In this document: one piece after another, positions 18,926-28,021 of the stretch
Layout of the letters: every line of letters begins with the position of its first letter
Numbering within the stretch: the stretch's first letter is position 1
Assembly: GCA_963742025.1 (NCBI GenBank)
Contig: CAVUKF010000001.1
Coordinates: 2,987 to 66,986 of the forward strand
Source of the DNA: an uncultured Solirubrobacterales bacterium
Lineage (GTDB): Bacteria; Actinomycetota; Thermoleophilia; Solirubrobacterales; Solirubrobacteraceae
DNA length: 64,000 nucleotides
Reading direction: 5' to 3'
Notes under the pieces: model-generated
The model's database searches: none
The model's input: the letters and a program-made list of their open reading frames with translations, nothing else
Told to the model about the DNA's origin: nothing
Translations under genes and position numbers: made by a program

Positions 18926-19296
18926 GCAGCCGCCTCCTCCTGCTCTGCTCGGAGCACCTTGATCGCGTTGACCGCTCGCGGAATGCCGGCGTAGGGGGTG
19001 ACCTGCAGGATCGTCTCCTCGATCTCGTTCCAGGGAACCTCAATCGCACGCAGCGCGCGAATGTGCGCCGCCACCTGCGGGTCGCTGGAGCCGATCGCCG
19101 CGAGCACCGCGACGATGATCAGCTCGCGCTCACGCGCCGTCAGCCCCGGGCGGGTGTGGACATCGCCGAACGCGAAGTCGACGATCCAATCGCCGAGCAC
19201 GCCCATCCGGGCGAGGAACTCGTCGCCGCCGGGCTCGTCGCCCAGCTCCGCCAGACGGGTCAGGGCCCGCGTCCTCCGCTCGCCGTCGTCAGCCAT
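18922..19296 (-). CDS. carboxymuconolactone decarboxylase family protein
   Basis: FAFGDVHTRPGL..RERELI, H, EI.E.ILQ...YAG.PRA; GAGGAG RBS before ATG 19296. Confidence 0.82.
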   Translation of the reverse strand: MADDGERRTRALTRLAELGDEPGGDEFLARMGVLGDWIVDFAFGDVHTRPGLTARERELIIVAVLAAIGSSDPQVAAHIRALRAIEVPWNEIEETILQVTPYAGIPRAVNAIKVLRAEQEEAAA

Positions 19297-19354
19297 CGCT
19301 TGACGCGTCCTCTCCTCGACCTTCGCCGGCATCACCTGCGTAGCCGCGCGTTTC

Positions 19355-19389
19355 TTGACCCACCATCCAGCTACGAATATTGTATCCAA
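19355..19389 (+). promoter_or_regulatory. sigma70-type promoter with overlapping GntR-type operator
   Basis: TTGACC(19355)-17 bp-TATTGT(19378); near-palindrome TTGTATCCAA at 19380-19389. Confidence 0.72.
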
Positions 19390-19440
19390 ACCGCGTGGAG
19401 ACGGTCCGCCCTCCCGAGCCCTGGCCCGCGCGCTTCACTG

Positions 19441-20364
19441 ATGATCTCGTTGCGCCGCATCCATCACGTCTGCCTCGCCGTAGAGGATCTGCAGGCGGCA
19501 AGTGACCGGTGGTCGATCCAGTTCGGACTGACGCTGCGAGAGGTCCGTGACGGCCACGCGTATCTAGCCTGCGACTACGAGCCGTATTCGCTCGAGCTGA
19601 TGCAGGCCAGCGTGCCCGGCCACGACCACACCGGCTATGAGCTTGCTCGCGGCGTCAGCCTCGACGGTGCCGCCTCACACCTGGACGGCCTCGGGGTGCC
19701 GTACGAGCGCCGTGACGGTGCGCTGCACTTCTCAGACCCCGACGGCCACGGCGTCGAGCTGGTCCGGTACACCCCGTCTGAGGATCCCCGCCCGCCGATC
19801 GCCCGCTCGACGACGACGCTTCCCGGCTTTCATCCGCGCAAGCTCGGACACGTCAACTTCCTCACCGGCGACCTGCCCGGCATGACCGGGTTCTGCTGCG
19901 ACGTGCTCGGGATGCGGATCACGGACCGCCTCGGTGGCGAGGGCGTGTGGCTGCACATCAACTCCGACCACCATGTGATGGCGATCCTCGACAAGGGCCA
20001 CGCTCACATCCACCATCTTGCGCTCGAGCTGGTGGACTGGGGCGAGCTGCGAGTTGCGCTCGATCATCTGGCCCAGCACGGCCGGTGGCTCGGGTGGGGA
20101 CCCGTCCGCCACGGCGTAGGTCGCAACCTGTCCGCCTATGTCCGCATCCCCGAGGAGGAGTGCTTCGTCGAGTTGTTCACCGATATGGAGCAGATCGAGC
20201 CAGACCATCAACCCCGGGACTGGCCCGACAACGCGCACTCGTCGAACACCTGGGGGATCCTGCCGCCGCGGTCGTACTTCCGCTTCGACGAGGCAGCTGT
20301 GCGGGCAGAGCGCGATGGCCTCGAGGCGCTAGGCAATCCGCTGCCGGCAACCCGAGGCAGTTGA
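19441..20364 (+). CDS. VOC-family extradiol ring-cleavage dioxygenase (catechol/homoprotocatechuate 2,3-dioxygenase-like)
   Basis: Two VOC domains; LGHVNF, DHH, HHLALE, GPVRHGVG, Y...P...VEL metal ligands. Confidence 0.83.
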   Translation: MISLRRIHHVCLAVEDLQAASDRWSIQFGLTLREVRDGHAYLACDYEPYSLELMQASVPGHDHTGYELARGVSLDGAASHLDGLGVPYERRDGALHFSDPDGHGVELVRYTPSEDPRPPIARSTTTLPGFHPRKLGHVNFLTGDLPGMTGFCCDVLGMRITDRLGGEGVWLHINSDHHVMAILDKGHAHIHHLALELVDWGELRVALDHLAQHGRWLGWGPVRHGVGRNLSAYVRIPEEECFVELFTDMEQIEPDHQPRDWPDNAHSSNTWGILPPRSYFRFDEAAVRAERDGLEALGNPLPATRGS

Positions 20365-21830
20365 TGGCTCAGGCGGGAGTCAGCCAGGCGCCGGGCGCCC
20401 GCACCGGTGAGCAGTTCCTGGAGGGCCTGCGGCAGGGTGGCCGTGAGATCTGGCTCAACGGCGAGCTGATCACCCACCCACTCGATCACGCCGAGCTGCG
20501 GGCCGCCGGGCTGTCGATGGCGCGCGTGTTCGACCTGCAGCACGAGCACGCCGACGAGATGCTGGCCTCCGCACCCGATCACCCGGACCGCCTGGTCAAC
20601 GTCACTCACCTGATCCCCCGGACGATCGACGACCTGAGACGGCGCCGGCATGCGATCGAGCTGGTGGCGCGGATCTCCGGCGGAACGATGGGGCGTACGC
20701 CCGACTACCTGAACGTCACGTTCGCGTGCTTCGCCGGGCGCCCGGACGTGTGGTCGCGACGCGGCAACGAGCAGGGAGCCGCCAACCTCGTGGCGTACCA
20801 GAAGTACATGCGTGACAACGACCTGTCGACGACCCACGCACTGATGAACCCCCAGGTCGACCGTTCCCTGCCCGAGGCCGAACAGGCGATGGGAGAGGTA
20901 TCGCTGCACAAGGTGGGGGAGACCCCCGAGACGATCGTGGTGCGCGGTGCGCGGATGCTCGCCACGCTGGCGCCGTTCGCCGACGAGCTGCTCATCTATC
21001 CGGGCTCTGACATCCGGCCCCAGGACGGTCGCTACGCGCTGTCGTTCGCGGTGCCGATCGCGACGCCCGGCCTGCGTTTCATCTGCCGCGACAGCTACTC
21101 GCGCCAGCGGGAGCACTTCGATTACCCGCTGTCGTCACGCTTCGACGAGATGGACGCGGTCGTGATCTTCGACGACGTCGAGATCCCAAAGGATCGGACG
21201 TTCCTGGACGGCGACACGATCGGCTACAGCGAGGTGATCACCGACACCGGCTGGCGCGGGCACATCATGCACCAGGCGTTCACCCGTGCCTACGTGAAGC
21301 TGTGCTTCGCGTTCGGGCTGGGCCACGCGATCGCCAACACCACCGGGGTCATCCGGTTCGACCACATCCAGGAGAAGCTCGGCCAGATCTGGGCGATGAG
21401 CGAGCTGGCCCGCTCGGCGCTGGTCGCCGCCGAGGCCGGCGCGCAACTCGACGAGGGCGGGGTCATGTATCCGGACGACCGGCCGTTCCTGGCGCTGCGC
21501 GGCGAGATGCCGAAGTGGCTGCCCCGCTGCAACGAGCTGCTCCAGCTGATCGGGGGCGGCGGCTTCATGGCGACGCCGTCGAAGGCCGACATCGAGGGGC
21601 CGCTGCACGAACAGATCGAGCAGTACTTCCAGGCCGCCGGGTCCGGCGCGCAGCGGCGGATCCGCCTGTTTCGCCTTGCCTGGGACTTTCTCGGGTCTGA
21701 GCTCGGCGGCCGTGGCGAGCTCTATGAGCGCTTCTACCTGTCGGATTCCTGGCGGATGACGGCTCTCGCGTACAAGCTCGCCGACAAGTCCTTCGCTGAG
21801 TCGCTGGTCGAACAGTTCCTGCAGGATTGA
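20364..21830 (+). CDS. hpaB: 4-hydroxyphenylacetate 3-hydroxylase family oxygenase component
   Basis: RTGEQFLEGL, GRTPDYLN, NPQVDR, GARMLATL, SRFDEMD, ELYERFY. Confidence 0.85.
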   Translation: MAQAGVSQAPGARTGEQFLEGLRQGGREIWLNGELITHPLDHAELRAAGLSMARVFDLQHEHADEMLASAPDHPDRLVNVTHLIPRTIDDLRRRRHAIELVARISGGTMGRTPDYLNVTFACFAGRPDVWSRRGNEQGAANLVAYQKYMRDNDLSTTHALMNPQVDRSLPEAEQAMGEVSLHKVGETPETIVVRGARMLATLAPFADELLIYPGSDIRPQDGRYALSFAVPIATPGLRFICRDSYSRQREHFDYPLSSRFDEMDAVVIFDDVEIPKDRTFLDGDTIGYSEVITDTGWRGHIMHQAFTRAYVKLCFAFGLGHAIANTTGVIRFDHIQEKLGQIWAMSELARSALVAAEAGAQLDEGGVMYPDDRPFLALRGEMPKWLPRCNELLQLIGGGGFMATPSKADIEGPLHEQIEQYFQAAGSGAQRRIRLFRLAWDFLGSELGGRGELYERFYLSDSWRMTALAYKLADKSFAESLVEQFLQD

Positions 21831-22654
21831 CCGCGACGGTCCTCATCACCGGAGGCGGCAGCGGGATCGGTGCGGCGGTCGCGCGGCAGATGACAACGGA
21901 CGGCTGGAACGTCGCCGTCGCCGGCCGCAGGCCGGAGCCTCTGGCGGCGGTCGCCGCCGCTACCGGAGCTCTGGCGATTGCGGGTGATGTCAGCGTGCCG
22001 TCGGGAGCGCGAGCAGCCGTCGGCAGCTGCGCTGAGCACTTTGGACGCTTGGACGCGCTGGTGATCAGCTCCGGTGCCGGCGGTGGCGGCGCCGTGCTTG
22101 ATCAAACCCTCGAGCGCTGGAATCGCGTCCTGCAAACCAACCTCACGGCGGCGTTTCTGCTCTGCCAGGAAGCGCTCGAGCCGCTCATCGCCAGTGGCGG
22201 AGCGATCGTCGCAGTGGCATCGCTCGCCGGCCTGCGCGCAGATCCCGAGTCGGCGGCCTATTGCTCGTCAAAGGCCGGCCTGATCATGCTGACGCAGTGC
22301 ATCGCCCTGGACTACGGGCCGCTGGGTGTGCGTGCCAACTGCGTCTGCCCGGGCTGGATCCGGACGGACATGGCCGACGCCGCGATGGACGAGCTGGGCG
22401 AATTTCACTCGGTCGACCGCGAAGGCGCCTACGCGCTAGCCGTCGCAGACATCCCGGCGCGGCGTGCCGGGCGGGTTGAGGAGGCGGCGGAGGCGATCGC
22501 ATGGCTGGCCTCGCCGGCGGCCTCATATGTGAACGGGGCCGTGCTGAGCGTCGATGGTGGCGCGTCAGTCGTGGACGCCGGTACGCTGGCGTTCGCACCG
22601 CACCGGCGGGCGGCTCGAACTGTTCGAAATGAAACCAGAGGAGAGTCAGAATGA
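21827..22654 (+). CDS. short-chain dehydrogenase/reductase
   Basis: TGGGSGIG, YCSSK, CPGWIRT, VDGG; TTGA-coupled start. Confidence 0.9.
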   Translation: MTATVLITGGGSGIGAAVARQMTTDGWNVAVAGRRPEPLAAVAAATGALAIAGDVSVPSGARAAVGSCAEHFGRLDALVISSGAGGGGAVLDQTLERWNRVLQTNLTAAFLLCQEALEPLIASGGAIVAVASLAGLRADPESAAYCSSKAGLIMLTQCIALDYGPLGVRANCVCPGWIRTDMADAAMDELGEFHSVDREGAYALAVADIPARRAGRVEEAAEAIAWLASPAASYVNGAVLSVDGGASVVDAGTLAFAPHRRAARTVRNETRGESE

Positions 22655-24027
22655 GTCCCGATCTGCACGCGCGCAGGCCCAGCCGGGAAGGGTTGTCCAG
22701 CTGGCTGTCGGAGCTGGCGGAGGTCGGCGTCCGAGCCGTCCGTCTCCAGTACGCCGACCTTCACGGCATCTGCCGGGGCAAGGACATCCCGCTCTCCGCG
22801 TTTCCGCACGTCAGCGATGACGGAATTGGGTTCGTGGCCGCGATCATGACGATCGACCTGCGCCACCACGTCGTGTCGGGGTTCGAGGAGGGCTTTCCCG
22901 ATCTGATCGCGCGGCCGGATCTGAACACACTCGTGCCGCTGCCCTGGCAGCCCGACGTCGTGGCCTGCCTGGTGGACCTGGAGGATCCGGTCACCCGCAC
23001 GCCGTCGGCGCTCGACTCGCGTGGCGCCCTGAAGCGCGTCCTGGCGAACTTCTCGGATCTCGGGGTGGTGCCGATCGTCGCGCCTGAGTTCGAGTTCTAT
23101 CTGTGCGAGCGCGATCCGCAGGCGCCGAACGGCTACCGCCCGTACGCCTCGCAGGACAGCGGCGCCTACACGGTCGGCGACGTGGCCGACCCCAAGGGCA
23201 CCCTGTCCAGGATGCTCGATGCCGCGGTCGAACTCGACCTCGATGCGATCGCGGCCGCCCACGAGTACGGACGTGCCCAGTTCGAGATCAACCTCAGCCA
23301 CGGCCCGGCGCTTCACTCCGCCGATCGCGCGTTCCGCTACAAGGCGATGGTCAAGGAGATGGCGGCCCGCGACGGGCTGCTGGCGACGTTCATGGGCAAG
23401 CCGTTCAACGACGACGAGGGGTCGGGCCTTCACCTGCACATCTCGTTCTCGGATGCCGACGGCAACAACGCGTGCGATGGTGGTGCCGGCGAACCACACG
23501 GGCTCAGCCCGCTTGCCCGCCACTTCATGGCAGGGGTGCTCGAGCACGGCCCGGGGATGATGGTGTTCTTCAACCCGACGGTCAACGCATACCGGCGGAT
23601 CAGCGCCGAGGCGCTCGTGCCGACGCGCGTCTGCTGGGGGCACGATCACCGGATGACGCTGATCCGCGTGCCGAAGGAGCGGGGCTCGGCGACCCGCCTG
23701 GAGATCCGGCTCGGCGATGGCACGGCCAACCCCTACCTCGCATACACGGCCGCGCTCGCCGCCGGACTGGATGGGATCCGCCGTGAGCTGGAGCCGCCAG
23801 AACCGCTCACGGGCATGATCTACGACCTGCCCGAGGAGCAGCTCGGCCGGCCGCTGCCGACCAGCTTCCAGGAGGCGCTGATCGAGCTGAAGGCCGACGG
23901 GGTGCTGCTCGAGGCGCTGGGCGAGAAGCTGGTCGACACGTTCGAGGCGATCAAGACGTTCGAAATGGACCGCTTCCGCACCTGGGTCACCGATTGGGAG
24001 TTCGCCGAGTACTCGCACTGGCTGTGA
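22651..24027 (+). CDS. glutamine synthetase-like gamma-glutamyl-amine ligase (PuuA/GlnA-like)
   Basis: DLHGICRGK, PEFEFYL, HEYGRAQFEIN, ATFMGKP, SGLHLH, NAYRR, RLEIR.GD..ANPYL; WGHDHR replaces the canonical GS WGxxNR. Confidence 0.88.
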   Translation: MSPDLHARRPSREGLSSWLSELAEVGVRAVRLQYADLHGICRGKDIPLSAFPHVSDDGIGFVAAIMTIDLRHHVVSGFEEGFPDLIARPDLNTLVPLPWQPDVVACLVDLEDPVTRTPSALDSRGALKRVLANFSDLGVVPIVAPEFEFYLCERDPQAPNGYRPYASQDSGAYTVGDVADPKGTLSRMLDAAVELDLDAIAAAHEYGRAQFEINLSHGPALHSADRAFRYKAMVKEMAARDGLLATFMGKPFNDDEGSGLHLHISFSDADGNNACDGGAGEPHGLSPLARHFMAGVLEHGPGMMVFFNPTVNAYRRISAEALVPTRVCWGHDHRMTLIRVPKERGSATRLEIRLGDGTANPYLAYTAALAAGLDGIRRELEPPEPLTGMIYDLPEEQLGRPLPTSFQEALIELKADGVLLEALGEKLVDTFEAIKTFEMDRFRTWVTDWEFAEYSHWL

Positions 24028-24080
24028 ACGCCTGGCCGAGGGCCCGCGTGCGCCGGCTCCGAACGCCTGCCCGAGTTCCT

Positions 24081-24155
24081 CCGAGCGCCGTAAACGCCAA
24101 CTCTGACTACGTTTTGGTTCGCCACAAACCAAAACGTAGTCAGAGTTGCGCTCGG
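24081..24155. repeat. long intergenic inverted repeat (REP/MITE-like or terminator hairpin)
   Basis: Perfect 22-bp arms CAACTCTGACTACGTTTTGGTT (24098-24119) and AACCAAAACGTAGTCAGAGTTG (24127-24148), 7-nt loop; outer arms CCGAGCGC/GCGCTCGG. Confidence 0.85.
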
Positions 24156-24162
24156 CATTGGT

Positions 24163-24192
24163 TTGGATACATTACGCACGGCCTGGTATCGT
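24163..24192 (+). promoter_or_regulatory. GntR-type box over the -35 of a probable leaderless promoter
   Basis: TTGGATACAT (9/10 to the reverse complement of the 19380 box); TATCGT -10 at 24187, ATG at 24201. Confidence 0.62.
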
Positions 24193-24200
24193 CCTGAGGC

Positions 24201-25460
24201 ATGGGAGCGAGCGCGGCAGATCGACTTCGGGTCGATCTGCTGGACCACGATCTGTTCGCCGACCACGAGCCGTGGGAGGTTTTCGATCTTCTGCAGCGCG
24301 AGGCGCCGGTGTACTTCCACCCCGAGCCCGGCGGCCGCGGATTCTGGGCGGTGACGAAGTACGACGACGTGCTGGCGGTGGTCCGCGACTCGAAGACATT
24401 CTCGTCGGAGATCGGAGGTTCGGCGACGATCGACGATCTCCCACACGACGTGCTCGATGCGCGCCGGAACCTGCTCGAGTTCGATCCCCCCGGGCACGGA
24501 CGCTACCGGCGGTTGATCTCGACCAACTTCACCCCCGGCGCGGTCGCCGTCTACGAAGTGTGGTTGCGGAACCTCGTCAGGGAGATGCTGGACCGGATCG
24601 AATCCGGAGTGGAGTTCGATTTCGTCCACGAGCTGGCGGCCCCGATCCCGATCCGCGTGCTGGCCCACATCCTCGGCCTGCCGGATGAGGACATGCCGCA
24701 CCTGATCGCGCTCGGCGACCGCCTGCTGGTCGACACCGACCCCGAGTACGTCGGGGAGCTGGCGTTCGCACAGGAGCGTCCCGAGGATCGCTACAGGCCG
24801 TTCGGCTCACCGTGGGCCGAGGAGCTGTGCACGATCGGACGCTCCTACTACGCCGACCGCCGCGCCTCTCCGCGGGACGACGTGCTGACGCTGATCGCAA
24901 ACGCCGAGATCAACGGACAGCCGTTGACCGGTAGCGATCTCGACAACATGTTCGCGCTGCTGATCGTGGCCGGAAACGAGACGACTCGCCAGGCGCTGGC
25001 GCTCGGAACGCTGGCGCTCGCTCAGAACCCCGACCAGTACGACCTGGTACGGGCGCGCCCGGAGCTGATCCGTTCGGCGGTCGAGGAGATGCTGCGCTAT
25101 TCCTCGCCCGTCTGGTGGTTCCGGCGGACGGCGGCGAAGGACACGGAGATCCGCGGCCAGCGGATCGCCGCCGGCGACAAGGTGGTGATCTGGTTTGCGG
25201 CGGCCAACCGGGATCCGGACCACTACCCGGATCCCCACCGCTTCGATGTGACCCGCAACCCGACCGATCAGCTGACGTTCGGCCGCGGTGGCCCGCACCA
25301 CTGCCTGGGGGTGCACCTCGCGCGGCTGGAGGTGAGGGTCTACCTCGAGGAATTGGTCAACCGCGTCGCCTCGATCGAGCTGGCGGGCGAGCCGGTGCGC
25401 CACCGCTCCAACTTCACCAACGGTCTCAAGCAGCTGCCCGTGCGGATGACGCTCGGCTAG
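24201..25460 (+). CDS. cytochrome P450 (paralog of 9273-10529)
   Basis: DPPGH, AGNETT, EMLR, FGRGGPHHCLG; shares the PFG(S/T)P segment with the first P450. Confidence 0.95.
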   Translation: MGASAADRLRVDLLDHDLFADHEPWEVFDLLQREAPVYFHPEPGGRGFWAVTKYDDVLAVVRDSKTFSSEIGGSATIDDLPHDVLDARRNLLEFDPPGHGRYRRLISTNFTPGAVAVYEVWLRNLVREMLDRIESGVEFDFVHELAAPIPIRVLAHILGLPDEDMPHLIALGDRLLVDTDPEYVGELAFAQERPEDRYRPFGSPWAEELCTIGRSYYADRRASPRDDVLTLIANAEINGQPLTGSDLDNMFALLIVAGNETTRQALALGTLALAQNPDQYDLVRARPELIRSAVEEMLRYSSPVWWFRRTAAKDTEIRGQRIAAGDKVVIWFAAANRDPDHYPDPHRFDVTRNPTDQLTFGRGGPHHCLGVHLARLEVRVYLEELVNRVASIELAGEPVRHRSNFTNGLKQLPVRMTLG

Positions 25461-25510
25461 CCGGTGGCGGGATCCACACCCTCGGGCGCCTCGCCGGCGT
25501 TGGACGCGTC

Positions 25511-26437
25511 GTGACCAATCCACGGCTTGTCCTCGTCCTCTCGGAGAACTGGACGATGACCTCGCCCCGGGACCTCCGAGCGCTCGTGCGCATCGCCCAG
25601 GAGGCCGAGGACGCCGGGGTCGACGGCGTGATGCTGAGCGAGCACATCGTGCTCGGCCCGAGCGCCGGCGCACTGGGCCGTCCGGCCAACCCTCGTGACT
25701 ACGCTGCCCCCGGCAATCAGGATCCGGCCACGCCGTGGCCTGACTCGATCGTCCTGATGAGCGCGATCGCCGCCGCGACCACCACGGTGCGGCTGATCGG
25801 CGCCGCGATCATCGCACCGCTGCGCCATCCGCTGCTGATCGCGCACCAATTGGCGACGCTCGACCTGCTGTCCGAAGGCCGGCTCGTCGTCCAGCCGACG
25901 GTCAGCTGGCACCGGGAGGAGTATGCGGCTCTCGGCGTCCCGTTCGAGCAGCGAGGCGAGCTTCTCGACGAGCACCTGGCGGCGTGGTCTGAGTTGTGGC
26001 GAGCCACGCCGGCGAGCTTTGAAGGACGGCACTACAGCTTCGAAGACGTCTACCTGGAACCCAAGCCGTTCCGCTCAGACGGGCCGCGGCTGTGGTTCGG
26101 CGGGAGCTCGGTTGGGCCGTGGGTGGTGCGGCGGCTCGTCACCCGCGGCCACGGCTTTCATCCCTTCGGCCAGCCGACTCAGGCGGAGATGCGACCGCTC
26201 GCGGAGGCGATGCGCGCCGCCGGCCGGGACATGTCCGATCTGGAGATCGTCGGTGGCATCCGCGGCGATCTGCCACCGGGCGAGGGCGTTGCGGATCTGG
26301 CCCGTGCCGCGGAGGCGATCCCTGCGCAGCTAGAGGCTGGTTACACGACGATCTGCTTCAAGCCGTCGCAGTTCACCGACGATCCCGCCGATGTCGGCGA
26401 ACTGTGCCGGCGTCTCGCGTCACTCAGCTCGCGTTGA
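25511..26437 (+). CDS. LLM-class, probably F420-dependent, oxidoreductase (Rv2161c-like)
   Basis: AEDAG.DGVMLSEH, PLRHPL, ATLDLLSEGR, W.REEY.ALGVPF..RG, PKP...PRLWFGG. Confidence 0.85.
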   Translation: MTNPRLVLVLSENWTMTSPRDLRALVRIAQEAEDAGVDGVMLSEHIVLGPSAGALGRPANPRDYAAPGNQDPATPWPDSIVLMSAIAAATTTVRLIGAAIIAPLRHPLLIAHQLATLDLLSEGRLVVQPTVSWHREEYAALGVPFEQRGELLDEHLAAWSELWRATPASFEGRHYSFEDVYLEPKPFRSDGPRLWFGGSSVGPWVVRRLVTRGHGFHPFGQPTQAEMRPLAEAMRAAGRDMSDLEIVGGIRGDLPPGEGVADLARAAEAIPAQLEAGYTTICFKPSQFTDDPADVGELCRRLASLSSR

Positions 26438-27917
26438 ACGCCGATGTGCGCTCGCAGACGGTCTTGACGTCGCAGTAGAAGTCGAACGAGTGACGTCCGC
26501 CCTCGCGGCCGATGCCCGATTCCCGGGCACCGCCGAACGGCGTTTCCAGGTCCCGGACATAGAAGCAGTTGACCCAAACAGTGCCGGCGACGACCGCGCC
26601 GCTGACGCGGTCTGCGCAGCTCTCGGATCCGGTGTAGACCGTGGCCGCCAGTCCATATGGCGTGGCGTTTGCCAGCTGGATCGCCTCGGCCTCGTCGGCG
26701 AAGGTCTGCAGCGTGAGCACCGGGCCGAACACCTCGTGGGTCAGGATCTCGGCTGCAGGCGGGATGTCTGTGAACAGCGTGGGCGCGTAGTAGAGACCGC
26801 CGAGTGAGCGCCCGCCGAAGACCAGCCGCGCACCGTCGGCCAGCGCTCGCTCGACGTGCCCGGTGACGCGCTGCAGCGCGACCGGATGGATCAGCGGTCC
26901 GTAGATGGTGTCCGGATCCCGTGGATCGCCGACCCGGATCTCGTTGGAGCGGGCGATCAGGCGCTGCAGGAACTGATCGAGGATCGAGGCCTGGATCAGC
27001 AGCCGCGTTCCGGCCAGGCACACCTGGCCCGAGTTGTCGAATTGGTAGGCGGCGGTCGCGACGGCTGCGTCGAGATCGGCGTCCTCGAACACGATGAACG
27101 GCGACTTGCCACCGAGCTCGAACGACACCGGCGTCAGGTTGGCGGCGGCGTCGCCGTACACCGTGCGCGCCGTCGCCGGCGAGCCGGTGAACGCGACCCG
27201 GTCGACGTCCGGGTGACCGGTCAGCGGCGCACCTGCCCCCGCGCCGGTGCCGTGCACGATGTTGAGCACGCCGGCCGGCAACCCCGCCGCCTCGGCGAGG
27301 TCCCCGAGCATCGAGCAGGTCAGCGGCGCCCACTCCGGCGGCTTGAGGACGACGGTGTTACCCGCTGCGAGCGCCGGGCCGACGCGCCACGTGGCGAGCA
27401 TGAACGGCGCGTTCCATGGGGTCGACACCGCCACGACTCCGCACGGGTCGTACCGGACGCGATTGCGCTCGCCGCCGTGAAGCACGCGCGGCGGCTCGTC
27501 GAGTCGCTCCCGTGCGAAGTCGGCGAAGAACCGAACGTTGTTGGCCGCGCGGGGGAGCACCCGTAGGTGCATCGCCTCAAAGAGCGAGCCGTTGTCGACG
27601 CATTCGACCCGGGCCAGGTCAGGTACCGCGGCGTCGATCGCGTCCGCGAGCCGTGTCAGGGCCGCGTGGCGCCGCACGGGGCCGAGCGCCGCCCACCCGG
27701 GAAATGCGCGGCGGGCGGCGGCGACCGCCTGGTCGACCGCGGCTGTCCCCCCGGCCGACACCTGGGCGAGCTCCCAGTTTTCCCAGTCGATCGGGCTGCG
27801 TACGGCGAACCGCTCAACCGATGCCACCCGCCGCCCGTCGATGTAGTGGTCGACCGGAACGCTGACGCCCTCGACTTCGACGCGCGCACCGTCCCGGCTG
27901 CCAGTCTCGACGCTCAC
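26424..27917 (-). CDS. hydroxymuconic-semialdehyde dehydrogenase-like ALDH (HpaE-like)
   Basis: TPWNAPFMLATW, KPPEW, FTGS, ELGGKSP, GQVCLAGTR, WVNCF.VRDL..PFGG. Confidence 0.85.
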   Translation of the reverse strand: MSVETGSRDGARVEVEGVSVPVDHYIDGRRVASVERFAVRSPIDWENWELAQVSAGGTAAVDQAVAAARRAFPGWAALGPVRRHAALTRLADAIDAAVPDLARVECVDNGSLFEAMHLRVLPRAANNVRFFADFARERLDEPPRVLHGGERNRVRYDPCGVVAVSTPWNAPFMLATWRVGPALAAGNTVVLKPPEWAPLTCSMLGDLAEAAGLPAGVLNIVHGTGAGAGAPLTGHPDVDRVAFTGSPATARTVYGDAAANLTPVSFELGGKSPFIVFEDADLDAAVATAAYQFDNSGQVCLAGTRLLIQASILDQFLQRLIARSNEIRVGDPRDPDTIYGPLIHPVALQRVTGHVERALADGARLVFGGRSLGGLYYAPTLFTDIPPAAEILTHEVFGPVLTLQTFADEAEAIQLANATPYGLAATVYTGSESCADRVSGAVVAGTVWVNCFYVRDLETPFGGARESGIGREGGRHSFDFYCDVKTVCERTSAFNAS

Positions 27918-28021
27918 GGCGGCTCGGGGAGGGAGCGCGCGGGCGAGAACATTAGGATGTCCATGATATTCCCTGCGGCATAGCTCACGTCTGGTAAACC
28001 GCGACCAAACTCGGAGCCTCG

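Noticed and set aside
22651-24027. Housekeeping glutamine synthetase
   Set aside because: Altered ammonium-site motifs and a PuuD-like partner point to a gamma-glutamyl ligase.
27914-27964. Leader peptide MDILMFSPARSLPEPP coupled to the ALDH start, or a fourth GntR box
   Set aside because: No distinctive codon content, and GGACATCC does not fit the box spacing; may be chance.
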